From positions 496,001 through 560,000 of the forward strand of contig JAUPSS010000006.1 of NCBI GenBank assembly GCA_040285825.1: a DNA stretch of 64,000 bases, in the 5' to 3' direction. Origin of the DNA: Eukaryota sp. TZLM1-RC. Its lineage: Eukaryota; Protista; Metamonada: BaSk clade. The notes under the pieces are model-generated. The model was not told the DNA's origin, ran no database searches, and was given only the letters and a program-made list of their open reading frames with translations. Numbering within the stretch: position 1 is the stretch's first letter; each line of letters begins with the position of its first letter. This document shows positions 50,831 to 63,669 of the stretch, one piece after another. The translations under genes and the position numbers were made by a program.

Positions 50831-52199
50831 TTTAATCAAATCAATAAAGTATGTAAACAACGGATATGTCGGCCGACACATCAGTCTGGGTTCGACTCCC
50901 ATTGTGTGAGTTCAAATTTCGTTAAGGATCTTTAAAGGAAGATGAACAACGGAACTGGTGAACCAGAAATAGCAGAAAAGAGTTTGAGAGAGTCTATGTG
51001 GGTAATGTATCCATTCAACAAAGTCCAAAAAAGGATGATAACCAGAAGGCACACCAACTCCACTTTGCATAATATCAGCCGGAATAATGAATTTCACTTA
51101 TGTGATTGAAATCCTTATTAACATACGAGACATGTAGATTTTTTCAATATTTAGGACATTGTAACATTTATGGTTTATTGACTGTTGGTTTCTGTTATAG
51201 ACAGCGGTAGACAGTGAAATAGAGCAAAACTAAACCGTTTATTAATGAGTCCGTCAAATATTTGTCCTTTTATGTACAACATTTTGTTAAATCAAACTTG
51301 ACCTTTATTATTACGGGAGATTCCTTCACTCCTCAGTGCTATAGATTGTGCGCAATCGGTGTCTAAAGATTGAAAGTTGGTGAGCTGAGAATTCAGAGGT
51401 GAAATTCACTGCCTGGTGGTTGTCAAAATTATAGATTTGATGGTAGTGATGTTTTAAAACAAAATGCTATTGAATTGAGAAAATTAGTACAACATCATCA
51501 CAATGATGAGGGAATTGATTTCATCACTAGTGGTAGAAAAATTTACAAACCAGAAAAAATTGTCAAACAATATAAACTGGAAGGAATTAATGAAAACAAA
51601 GTTGGACAATTTAAATTTGGTGATGGAGAGCTTTTATACAAACCAATTGTTAAATATTTCATGAATGATAATTCAATTTTCAAATCAAGTCCATTAATGA
51701 ATAATCCTGACAAAATTTTGACCAAAAGCCAAAAAATCAACAAAAAAATCTGGTGGTAATAGTCTAGAACAACCTGATGAAGAGAAAAAAAACCTAAAGA
51801 GGAATCTGATGATGGTGGTGGTGGTGGTGTTCTTTTCTTGGGTGATGAATCAAATGAATAGGTTGTTGAGGAAGTAAAACCTGAAACTTCTGATTGGAAT
51901 GATTTGTAAAAAAAATATTTTCAGTTAAATTTCTCTGAACGTTTTTGTTCTAATAATCCTCTCATGTCACTAACAAATAACTGCTAATTTCAATTCAAAA
52001 ATTGACAAGTCAAAATTGGATGGATCTTGAGTCAAGAAATAATCAAAGTATGCGCTAGGGATAATCATTTATCAATATAAAATTCATTTTTTTTGTTTAT
52101 ATAATCCAATTTAAATTAATTACATTTTCTACATAAGCCCAAACACGTTCTACTTTGTTTTGAGCATAAATTCTTTTAATTTTTTTATATGTTGCATTC

Positions 52200-52560
52200 G
52201 CTAACCTTTTGACCGTAACTCACCTCTTGGTGATACATTCATAATAATTCCAATGTGTTTTTCATTCAGTGCGAATTGTGAATGATTTTTCACATCTGTT
52301 ACTGAGGGAGAAAGAGTAGCATTTTGTGGATGAGTATGAATTCTACCCCACTACAACTAAGCCATGTTCTTTTTAATCGTTTTACATATTTTGGGGAAGC
52401 AACTGTTGTTAATATTTTTTCGACAGGTGTCACAGAACCAGATTGTGGAGGAATGATCATGTGTGAGATTTTGTATCGATTTCCATCACGTTTAACACAT
52501 AATAAAGCAAGTCTTTCAATGTTACTTTCACATTGTTCTGGAAAATATAACATCATTATA
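52200..52560 (-). pseudogene. AMSH/STAMBP-like JAMM (MPN+) deubiquitinase, frameshifted
   Basis: NIERLALLCVKRDGNRYKISHMIIPPQSGS, then after a shift IHTHPQNATLSPSVTD (E..HxH..SxxD). Confidence 0.75.
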
Positions 52561-53579
52561 TTGAATATATTTTTGGAAATATTATATTGAAAATACAGAG
52601 TAGTTGGAACCTTTACCAATTCATAGTGAATCATTATTTTAGTTTCATATTTTTTAAGCTGGTGTTGTGTTAATCTTGGAGGACTTCTTGAAACTAATTG
52701 TAATGGTGGTTGTTGATTAACTATTGGATGTCTTGAAGAAACTGATTTGACTAGTATTGTTGGTTGTTTTCTAAATTTAGCAACATTTCTCAATGGATAT
52801 TTAATCAACCATTGATAATGTTGAGAATGCAGTTCCATTATCAATTTCGCCCTTTACTTCCACGTTGTTTATTGAACAGTTCAACCAAAGTTCCCCGTTA
52901 GAACTTGTTTAGTATCCTGTCACCTTGGACAGTCTAGCACTGTGGATAGAACCGATAGGATTGGAGGACTCTCTGACTCTTTTTAATGGATTGAGGTGTC
53001 TATAATTCGTATCAATTTTGCTCATTGTATAAATGGTGTTGATTGAATTATGTGTAAGGTTATTATTAAAAGATGTATATTCATCTGATTTATTTGTACT
53101 ACGTTTACTATTACGTTTAGCTCCTCCCTCGCGCTTTTTTGAACCAGGTCTTCCCAGCATTTTAAAACATTTTTCTTCAAACAATGTGTGCATTGTTCAA
53201 CTAGGCAGCACAGAGTCAATTGATAAAAACTTTCGAAATTAACACTGCTAAAAATATCATCAGTATTAATCCAATAATTCCTTGAAGATTCATCATCATT
53301 TTAATATAAAAAAATGAATAGTGTCCTAAAAATTGACCATTTCTATTAATCCTTCCCTTGACTCTATGATTTTCCCTTCAATGAATTTCACTCGTGAGTA
53401 CTTATCTATCTTTGATGCGACGGTGCATGATCTTCCATTGCCTCCTGTGTCGGTTCCCGTTGTTCCCGTTGTTCCTGTCGTTCCTGTCGTCCACCAGCTG
53501 TTTCTATTTTGTAATTTTTAATAATTTTAATTAATGAATTATTATTTACTTTGATTCTAATATCATTTTTCAAAAATGG

Positions 53580-54810
53580 TACTAGATCTTCTTTAGGGTG
53601 TAGTTTTTTTAATTTTTGTATGGTTTCGTCGGTTTTAAAAGTGAGCCTTTTTTATGGGTTAAAACTGTAAATGATTTACCAACAGCACCTTCTTTGAGAT
53701 AATTCATAGACTTTTCAATCATTTTCTCCTTATTCCACTTTTTTCTTTGCTTTTCAATTGAATTCGTATGAATTGGTTCATTTAAACTTATGTAATTATA
53801 AATTGAATTTACATATTCATCAAATTTTTTTCAAAATTCATGTTGTCTTTTCTAAAATTATAAATAGTTAAACTAAAACTAAAAGATCTAAGGTCTGATA
53901 TTTTTAAGAAATTTATAATTGTTTTAAAATTTAAAACACAATTCCCGCTTTTAAATAAACACAACGCAGGTGATAAAATTAACCATTTAGCCTTTTCACG
54001 TACATTTAATGAAGAGCCAAGAATAAAATTTTGTACGTGAAAATAAGTTTTTAACAGGTTGTAAACTTAGATTAACACAAGCTAAAATTTTGAAAACCTG
54101 AATAAAAAAATCTTCAGGTATTTCAAATAAATCAGTTAAATCATTACTGTTTGAACAATTATTTTCGAAAGTAGATAAATGTAGAAAATAACTAAAAATA
54201 TCATCATTTTGGATGTATTTATGAATTATGCCGAAATGTTTTGATATACCATTTTCAGCGTAAATTTTGTCACAATTATCAATTGGACATACAACAAGTG
54301 AATTTGTTTGTAAAAATTCATCATTAAAAAATTCGACTTCATGAATATTTCTATTATTTAAATGTTTTAATAATCTTTGTTGATCTTTGAAAGGGCCAGC
54401 ACCACATTGGCATTTATGAATAAAATAATTTTCAGTGTTAAATATAACTTCTGATGAAAAAGTGGGTAAAGCAATACTTTCATCTAAAGTGTCAAATAAA
54501 GGCAAATAATCAACACTATTGGAATTAAGACCAGTTTTAGCCCACTGATCTGCAATTTCGTTTTTATTATCATTATTGTGTGCCTTTACCCAATTGAAAA
54601 TAAATTGAGTATTTAGTTTCTGTAACAGTATTTGAATCAAATTAACTTTCTTCTTAATAATATTGACTGTAGCGTTAAATTGACCAGATAACCATTTAAT
54701 AACATTTTGACTATCAGTGAAAAAATCAACTCTTTTAGGTTTGTATTTTAACTTAAGGAGAGACAATAAACCCAAAATAATAGCAGGTAACTCAGCAGAG
54801 TTGATGGTTA
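53580..54810 (-). mobile_element. 5' part of a CRE-like non-LTR ORF: RNase H + two C2H2-like fingers + pre-RT region
   Basis: NSAELPAI, FTDSQNV, WVKAH, NEIADQWAK (RNase H1). CQC..LLKHL..H and CPIDNCDK..ISKHFGIIH. Then EGAVGKSFTVL..LKKLHPK. Confidence 0.8.
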
Positions 54811-55343
54811 GGTGAGTTGCATGTGGTCTTTATGTACTAGATGTGATCAACTTGTGATCAAACTTTGTGTGAAATTGTGTGTGAATAATGTTGGCTATGT
54901 GTTACTTGGTCAATACAAACTCTTGATTACATTTTCAATTGATTTTGTATATATTTGAATTAATTGAGTTTATTAATTTTTAAACAGTAAATTGTGAAAA
55001 TAGTGAAAATCAAAAAGTATACAATTAAATGTTGCAAACTAATAAAATTATTGTTGTAAGTGTAAGAGTATCGTTTTTGATACGATTTACTGAGGCTCAT
55101 ATGAAGTTTCTAGTTTCGTATATTGACCAATGGTTGTTTATTACAATCATTGGTCAAATCTTTAAAGTCCATTTTGGGACAATTAATATAACAATTGTGG
55201 TGTTAAAGTCCGTGCTATGGTCATTTGAGTAGTCATTGGTATGATTGGTTGAATGGTCAGTGCTATGATTTGGTGAGTTGCATGTAGTCTTTATGTACTA
55301 GATGTGATCAATTTGTGATCAAACTTTGTGTGAAATTGTGTGT
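54810..55343 (+). repeat. Satellite family E, ~1.15 units
   Basis: Matches 42544-44473. Confidence 0.93.
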
Positions 55344-57011
55344 GGTTATCAATTTGATCATCGGTTGTCGGAAAATTGTTACGATTAGTTTGAAGAAATA
55401 GATTTTTGACTTGACGTAACCTCCAACGAAAAACAGACTTACCACGTTTCATCTCTTTTTGAAGGATGAAATATTCCACTTTTATATTCCATTTTTTTAA
55501 TTCAGAAGTAAATCTTCGCATTTCCATTGAGAAGGGAATTGTACTGGCGGGACTAATTTCTATTGGAATCTGAATCGGAGGTCTAACAGTGTCAAAAGCT
55601 TTACAATTAGTGAAAACAAAAGTTTTCGACCATTTCTTGAATCTGTAACAACTTTTCTGCAGAATGGACAACAAAGATTATTATTTTCAGAAGGGGAAGG
55701 AGAGTGAGCACTGGGAGCATTTGAAGATCAGCGGAATTACTATTTTCGGCACAATTCAAATAGACATCGACTGGAACAGAACATTGGAGATTTTTTTGAG
55801 CAAAATTTAATTCAATTTCTTTTTTTTGTATTTCAGGGCGTGTTCTCGAATCATGACCACTGATACCGCAAATCGAACATTTTTTAGAACGTTTCAAACA
55901 CTGATCTGGAAAAGATTTATTGGCAAAATGATTTTCACAAGAAGATGCATTAGTTTCCATTTTTTGTTTTGCAGACCTGGCATTGTTTGCAAAACGCACA
56001 ACTGAACGTAAAAAACGAACAGGAGGCTTTTTGTAGTTAAATTCGATTTTGGGACCTTTAAATTTTTTGAAATATTTCCAGCATGAGGTAAGGAGTGTCA
56101 AGAATGACTAGGTTGCAAAGATGGCGAAATTGAAGAAGGAAGAAGTGAAGAAGGAGAAGAATATTTGTTGACATTATCATTAACACTTCGTTCAGTGTAT
56201 ATTGCTTTCCAATTGGTGTCGCCATCACTGTCAGGACACAATGTCAGGACCGTGAAAGTCTTACCAATAGACTAGCAAGTAAACAAGACAGAAATTTAGG
56301 GTGATGAAAGAGGGAGAAAAAAAGTGAAAGAGACATAATTGAAGAAGAGTATAGAGAAGAAAAAGAATGTAAAGACGCAATAAATGCAGTGATAGATTGT
56401 TTCAATCGAACTGATTCAACAACTTGGTCAATAGTCAATTAATATTATATAAACTTTTTGATTATTTAATTCTAATGATGTGTTTATAATGGTACTATAT
56501 TTAATTGGAGTTAACATTTCAACATATTTATTTGAGAATAGATATGAGGAATTATTATAATTTAATGTGTGACTAATTCGTGAATTATATGCAATTACCA
56601 TTAAGTATTCATTTCTATAATTTTTCAAATCTATGACTTTGCCCGAAATTCTTTTTTTCTATTATTTTATAGTTTTGAATATTTGAAAAAAAGTCTACTT
56701 GCATTAAATTTAAACCTAGAAGATGGATCAACATCACGACCATTAAATGTAAAGATATAATTTAAGTCAGAATTTAATACTAAATCTGTTCTGTTATTAC
56801 CTTTGCTTAATCTAGCGAATTTAATAGGATATGCTAAATTTGATTCTAACAATATTTTTATAGTTAAGTTACCCCTTGATTTGGAATTGATCTCAATTAT
56901 ATTAATATCATTGTTTGTTGAATATGATATTCCATCTGAATTCTCATTGAATGTAAAGGGAAATAGTCTACCAAATAGTCGAGTGATCATTTTAAAAAAA
57001 TAATTAAGTTA

Positions 57012-58095
57012 TTATAGTTCATCAGGATATTTTTTTATAACCGCATTTCTTGATACTAAATATCCATCCTCAACAATTGGTCGTAAATGTTCAACTAATA
57101 TAGTTATTCCAATAATTAATGAGGGATCATTAAAATACTCAAACATTCTTTCATCATTCAATTTACTAACTTTTTGATCATATCTCTCATATTCAATAAT
57201 TAGTGAAGTTACCCTACTAACTTCACCATATTTTTGAAGTTAGTACTTCACCATCAACGTCTTTAACCACAAAGTATCCTTGATATCTTTTCTTAAGTTT
57301 AAGGTTGTATCTAGATTTTGAAGCCTTATATGTAGCATTCTTTCTAATGATTAATCCTTCATAACCTTTAGAATCTTACTCTGTCAATATATCCATAATA
57401 TTTGACTCAACTGTAAAGTATTCAACTAATTCAATTTTAGTTGATTGAATTGGATTTGATTTAATTAATTCATTCAATTGATTTAGTCTACTTTTAAATA
57501 ATAGAGCTGAAGTTTTTCTAACATAATCATTATATGGAATGTAATCAAACATAAAATATTGTATTTATTGAAAATCTTCAATAGTTACATTCTTTAATTT
57601 AACTAGTCTAGATACTTTATGAATTATCTCAAAATTAGTTTCAGGATCAATCCAAGTTAATTCTCCATAAATTACGAAATTATTTCTAATGTTCTTAAAC
57701 ATATTATCAAATGCATCATGAATTTCAGGTAGTTGCAAAATATTTCCACCAAGAGTAGTGAATGTTGGTTGTTGATCTATTCAAACCATTAGTAATAAAT
57801 TTCCATCATATTTTCTGCTTGCCATATCAACTCCATATTCAAAATGATCTTTTTTTTGGATCAAAATCAACACCTTGTTGTACACCATGATACTTTTCAA
57901 TAGTAAAATCATCCGGAAATACTTTCTTCAATTTCTTCAAACCGACACTAACATCTAATTGACGACTAATAATATCAAACAACATAGGTTTACTAAGTTT
58001 TTGATCAAGTGCAAATTTATTAATTGATCCATATGCAATATTCCCACTTATTGTTCTATTGTGGAGTGCCACTAAGAATTCATAAAATGATTTAC
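57012..58095 (-). pseudogene. ATP-dependent DNA ligase (T4 gp30-like), 5'-truncated, copy 1
   Basis: SRKYDG (I), YGEL (III), FMFD (IIIa), YEGLIIR (IV), LKLKK (V), OB-like tail; stops and frameshifts present. Confidence 0.88.
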
Positions 58096-59282
58096 AAAAT
58101 TTTGGAATGAGTACTGTCTGAAATAACAGTTTTTGCTGATTGTTTCAAACCTTTTTCATTGTCTTCGTTCAAGATTTCATCATCAGAAATGTTAATGAAA
58201 TTTTCAATTTGATCATCGGTTGTCGGAAAATTGTTACGATTAGTTTGAAGAAATAGATTTTTGACTTGACGTAACCTCCAACGAAAAACAGACTTACCAC
58301 GTTTCATCTCTTTTTGAAGGATGAAATATTCCACTTTTATATTCCATTTTTTTAATTCAGAAGTAAATCTTCGCATTTCTATTGAGAAGGGAATTGCACT
58401 TGCGAGGCTAATTTCTATTGGAATTTGAATCGGAGGTCTAACAGTCTCAAAAGCTCTACAATTAGTGCAAAACAAAAGTTTTCGACCATTTCTTGAATCT
58501 GTAACAACTTTTCTGCAGAATGGACAACAAAGATTATTATTTTCAGAAGGGGAAGGAAAGTGAGCACTGGGAGAATTTGAAGATCAGCGGAATTACTATT
58601 TTCGGCACAATTCAAATAGACATCGACTGGAACAGAACATTGGAGAATTTTTTGAGCAGAATTTAATTCAATTTCTGTTTTTGTTTTTCAGGGCGTGTTC
58701 TCGAATCATGACCACTGATACCGCAAATCGAACATTTTTTAGATCGTTTCAAACACTGATCTGGAAACGATTTATTGGCAAAATGATTTTCACAAGAAGA
58801 TGCATTAGTTTCAATTTTTTGTTTTGCAGACCTGGCATTGTTTGCAAAACGCACAACTGAACGTAAAGAACGAACAGGAAGCTTTTTGTAGTTAAATTCG
58901 ATTTTGAGACCTTTAAATTTTTTGAAATATTTCCAGCATGAGGTAAGGAGTGTCAAGAATGACTAGGTTGCAAAGATGGCGAAATTGAAGAAGGAAGAAG
59001 TGAAGAAGGAGAAGAATATTTGTTGACATTATCATTAACACTTCGTTCAGTGTATATTGCTTACCAATTGGTGTCGCCATCACTGTCAGGACACATTGTC
59101 AGGACCGTGAAAGTCTTACCAATAGACTAGCAAGTAAACAAGACAGAAATTTAGGGTGATGAAAGAGGGAGAAAAAAAGTGAAAGAGACCTAATTGAAGA
59201 AGAGTATAGAAAAGAAAAAGAATGTAAAGACGCAATAAATGCAGTGATAGATTGTTTCAATCGAACTGATTCAACAACTTGG

Positions 59283-59843
59283 TCAATAGTCAATTAATAT
59301 TATATAAACTTTTTGATTATTTAATTCTAATGATGTGTTTATAATGGTACTATATTTAATTGGAGTTAACATTTCAACATATATATTTGAGAATAGATAT
59401 GAGGAATTATTATAATTTAATGTGTGACTAATTCGTGAATTATATGCAATTACCATTAAGTATTCATTTCTATAATTTTTCAAATCTATGACTTTGCCCG
59501 AAATTCTTTTTTCTATTATTTTATAGTTTTGAATATTTGAAAAAAGTCTACTTGCATTAAATTTAAAAGTAGAAGATGGATCAACATCACGACCATTAAA
59601 TGTAAAGATATAATTTAAGTCAGAATTTAATACTAAATCTGTTCTGTTATTACCTTTGCTTAATCTAGCGAATTTAATAGGATATGCTAAATTTGATTCT
59701 AACAATATTTTTATAGTTAAGTTACCCCTTGATTTGGAATTGGTCTCAATTATATTAATATCATTGTTTGTTGAATATGATATTCCATCTGAATTCTCAT
59801 TGAATGTAAAGGGAAATAGTCTACCAAATAGTCGAGTGATCAT
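59283..59843 (-). CDS. Asn/Ile-rich virus-like hypothetical protein immediately downstream of the ligase (frameshifted copies at 56428-56990 and 63087-63648)
   Basis: ATG lies ~20 bp after the ligase stop; intronless; very AT-rich. Confidence 0.55.
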   Translation of the reverse strand: MITRLFGRLFPFTFNENSDGISYSTNNDINIIETNSKSRGNLTIKILLESNLAYPIKFARLSKGNNRTDLVLNSDLNYIFTFNGRDVDPSSTFKFNASRLFSNIQNYKIIEKRISGKVIDLKNYRNEYLMVIAYNSRISHTLNYNNSSYLFSNIYVEMLTPIKYSTIINTSLELNNQKVYIILIDY

Positions 59844-59864
59844 TTTAAAAAAATAATTAAGTTA

Positions 59865-61895
59865 TTATAGTTCATCAGGATATTTTTTTATAACCGCATT
59901 TCTTGATACTAAATATCCATCCTCAACAATTGGTCGTAAATGTTCAACTAATATAGTTATTCCAATAATTAATGAGGGATCATTAAAATACTCAAACATT
60001 CTTTCATCATTCAATTTACTAACTTTTTGATCATATCCCTCATATTCAATAATTAGTGAAGTTACCCTACTAACTTCACCATATTTTTTGAAGTTAGTAC
60101 TTCACCATCAACATCTTTAACCACAAAGTATCCTTGATATCTTTTATTGACTGGAATGTATGAAAAAGATCTTTATAATAATATTTGCAGCTCGGCTGTT
60201 TTAAATCAAGATCTTCACTCATTGTTATTGGAAAAGGGTGTTTGTGAAAACAAGGCGTCAGATTCTTCACTTTTTGTAACCATTGTACCACGAAGATTTG
60301 GATTGTGTGCCACTAATGAAGCATTTGTAACAAAAATGAGATTATATTTGAACATCCCCATTAACCAATTATTATCAAAAGAAAAATGTATTTGTTCGAA
60401 TTCACCTCAACTCACTTTGCGCCATGCTCTAAATTGCTCTAAATTGATAACTTATCGTTCTTCATTACATGATGCTGTTAGAGACACTGTTTTCAATATG
60501 GCACAAACTGCAAGGATATCGTGTATCAAAGAGCCCCTGCTGAAAGAAACACTTTCTCTGAATAATTTTGGTTCTGATGATAGAGGTGATGTATACTGTG
60601 ATTGGATTGATAATTCTGAAGCTATTGTTGACTTTGTCTCATGTAATGTTGCAAACGATACTTTGGTTCACAGAAGAAAACTTAATCCTGTGGCTGCTCT
60701 GGATTTTTAAAGCAAAAGAAAAACATAGAAAATATGATAAAGAAATTGAAGATGCAAATGTCGATAGAAATACACAGCTGGTTTTTATTGCTTTCCCATT
60801 TTCGATAAATGGAAGATTATCAGTTGAAGCAGAAGCTTTTTTGGATGACTTCCAAAAATTGGTGCAAGAAAAAACAATGAAAAGATTTGATATTTTTTTA
60901 TGGCGTTCACGGATTCAATTTGCCATTATTAATAGATTACCGCGGTTTTTCAATCGAATTAGAGAAGCTTTAGCTAGACAGCAAGCAAATCAAGATTTTG
61001 TAGAGGAAATCTTGGTTTAATGATAGTCGTCCCATTAGTTATGATTTAATTTAATCAAGTGTGCAAATTCAATAAATTGAGTATATCTTTTCTTAAGTTT
61101 AAGGTTGTATCTAGATTTTGAAGCCTTATATGTAGCATTCTTTCTAATGATTAATCCTTCATAACCTTTAGAATCATACTCTGTCAATATATCCATAATA
61201 TTTGACTCAACTGTAAAGTATTCAACTAATTCAATTTTAGTTGATTGAATTGGATTTGATTTAATTAATTCATTCAATTGATTTAGTCTACTTTTTAAAT
61301 AATAGAGCTGAAGTTTTTCTAACATAATCATTATATGGAATGTAATCAAACATAAAAATATAGTATTTATTGAAAATCTTCAATAGTTACATTCTTTAAT
61401 TTAACTAGTCTAGATACTTTTATGAATTATCTCAAGATTAGTTTCAGGATCAATCCAAGTTAATTCTCCATAAATTACGAAATTATATCTAATGTTCTTA
61501 AACATATTATCAAATGCATCATGAATTTCAGGTAGTTGCAAAATATTTCCACCAAGAGTAGTGAATGTTGGTTGTTGATCTATCCAAACCATTAGTAATA
61601 AATTTCCATCATATTTTCTGCTTGCCATATCAACTCCATATTCAAAATGATCTTTTTTTTGGATCAAAATCAACACCTAGTTGTACACCATGATACTTTT
61701 CAATAGTAAAATCATCCGGAAATACTTTCTTCAATTTCTTCAAACCGACACTAACATCTAATTGACGACTAATAATATCAAACAACATAGGTTTACTAAG
61801 TTTTTGATCAAGTGCAAATTTATTAATTGATCCATATGCAATATTCCCACTTATTGTTCTATTGTGGAGTGCCACTAAGAATTCATAAAATGATT
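59865..61895 (-). pseudogene. ATP-dependent DNA ligase copy 2, interrupted by a non-LTR insertion
   Basis: ORFs 61642..61875, 61410..61676 and 61035..61349 carry motifs I-V; the C-terminus resumes at 60145. Confidence 0.88.
60146..61082 (+). mobile_element. 5'-truncated CRE-like non-LTR retrotransposon (CCHC + RLE), 937 bp, 9-bp TSD
   Basis: CIC..HALNC, SLHDAVRD, KEP, DRGD, IVDF, KHRKY. TSD ATATCTTTT at 60137-60145 and 61083-61091. Empty sites at ~57283 and ~63942. Confidence 0.95.
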
Positions 61896-62660
61896 TACAA
61901 AATTTTGGAATGAGTACTGTCTGAAATAACAGTTTTTGCTGATTGTATCAAACTTTTTTCATTGTCTTCGTTCAAGATTTCATCATCACAAATGTTAATG
62001 AAATTTTCAATTTGATCATCGGTTGTCGGAAAATTGTTACGATTAGTTTGAAGAAATAGATTTTTGACTTGACGTAACCTCCAACGAAAAACAGACTTAC
62101 CACGTTTCATCTCTTTTTGAAGGATGAAATATTCCACTTTTATATTCCATTTTTTTAATTCAGAAGTAAATCTTCGCATTTCTATTGAAAAGGGAATTGC
62201 ACTTGCGAGGCTAATTTCTATTGGAATCTGAATCGGAGGTCTAACAGTCTCAAAAGCTCTACAATTAGTGCAAAACAAAAGTTTTCGACCATTTCTTGAA
62301 TCTGTAACAACTTTTCTGCAGAATGGACAACAAAGATTATTATTTTCAGAAGGGGAAGGAAAGTGAGCACTGGGAGAATTTGAAGATCAGCGGAATTACT
62401 ATTTTCGGCACAATTCAAATAGACATCGACTGGAACAGAACATTGGAGAATTTTTTGAGCAGAATTTAATTCAATTTCTGTTTTTTGTATTTCAGGGCGT
62501 GTTCTCGAATCATGACCACTGATACCGCAAATCGAACATTTTTTAGAACGTTTCAAACACTGATCTGGAAACGATTTATTGGCAAAATGATTTTCACAAG
62601 AAGATGCATTAGTTTCCATTTTTTGTTTTGCAGACCTGGCATTGTTTGCAAAACGCACAA
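61895..62660 (-). pseudogene. Family D copy in the tandem unit (also 55349-56000 and 58092-58860)
   Basis: CSICGISGHDSRTR (last Cys lost), then after a frameshift CPFCRKVVTDSRNGRKLLFCTNC. Confidence 0.75.
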
Positions 62661-63669
62661 CTGAACGTAAAAAACGAACAGGAGGCTTTTTGTAGTTAAA
62701 TTCGATTTTGGGACCTTTAAATTTTTTGAAATATTTCCAGCATGAGGTAAGGAGTGTCAAAAATGACTAGGTTGCAAAGATGGCGAAATTGAAGAAGGAA
62801 GAAGTGAAGAAGGAGAAGAATATTTGTTGACATTATCATTAACACTTCGTTCAGTGTATATTGCTTACCAATTGGTGTCGCCATCACTGTCAGGACACAT
62901 TGTCAGGACTATGAAAGTCTTACCAATAGACTAGCAAGTAAACAAGACAGAAATTTAGGGTGATGAAAGAGGGAGAAAAAAAGTGAAAGAGACATAATTG
63001 AAGAAGAGTATAGAGAAGAAAAAGAATGTAAAGACGCAATAAATGCAGTGATAGATTGTTTCAATCGAACTGATTCAACAACTTGGTCAATAGTCAATTA
63101 ATATTATATAAACTTTTTGATTATTTAATTCTAATGATGTGTTTATAATGGTACTATATTTAATTGGAGTTAACATTTCAACATATATATTTGAGAATAG
63201 ATATGAGGAATTATTATAATTTAATGTGTGACTAATTCGTGAATTATATGCAATTACCATTAAGTATTCATTTCTATAATTTTTCAAATCTATGACTTTG
63301 CCCGAAATTCTTTTTTTCTATTATTTTATAGTTTTGAATATTTGAAAAAGTCTACTTGCATTAAATTTAAAAAGTAGAAGATGGATCAACATCACGACCA
63401 TTAAATGTAAAGATATAATTTAAGTCAGAATTTAATACTAAATCTGTTCTGTTATTACCTTTGCTTAATCTAGCGAATTTAATAGGATATGCTAAATTTG
63501 ATTCTAACAATATTTTTATAGTTAAGTTACCCCTTGATTTGGAATTGATCTCAATTATATTAATATCATTGTTTGTTGAATATGATATTCCATCTGAATT
63601 CTCATTGAAGGTAAAGGGAAATAGTCTACCAAATAGTCGAGTGATCATTTTAAAAAAATAATTAAGTTA

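Noticed and set aside
50860-50910. Complete tRNA gene
   Set aside because: Only a T-arm/B-box; no D arm, anticodon arm or pairing acceptor strand
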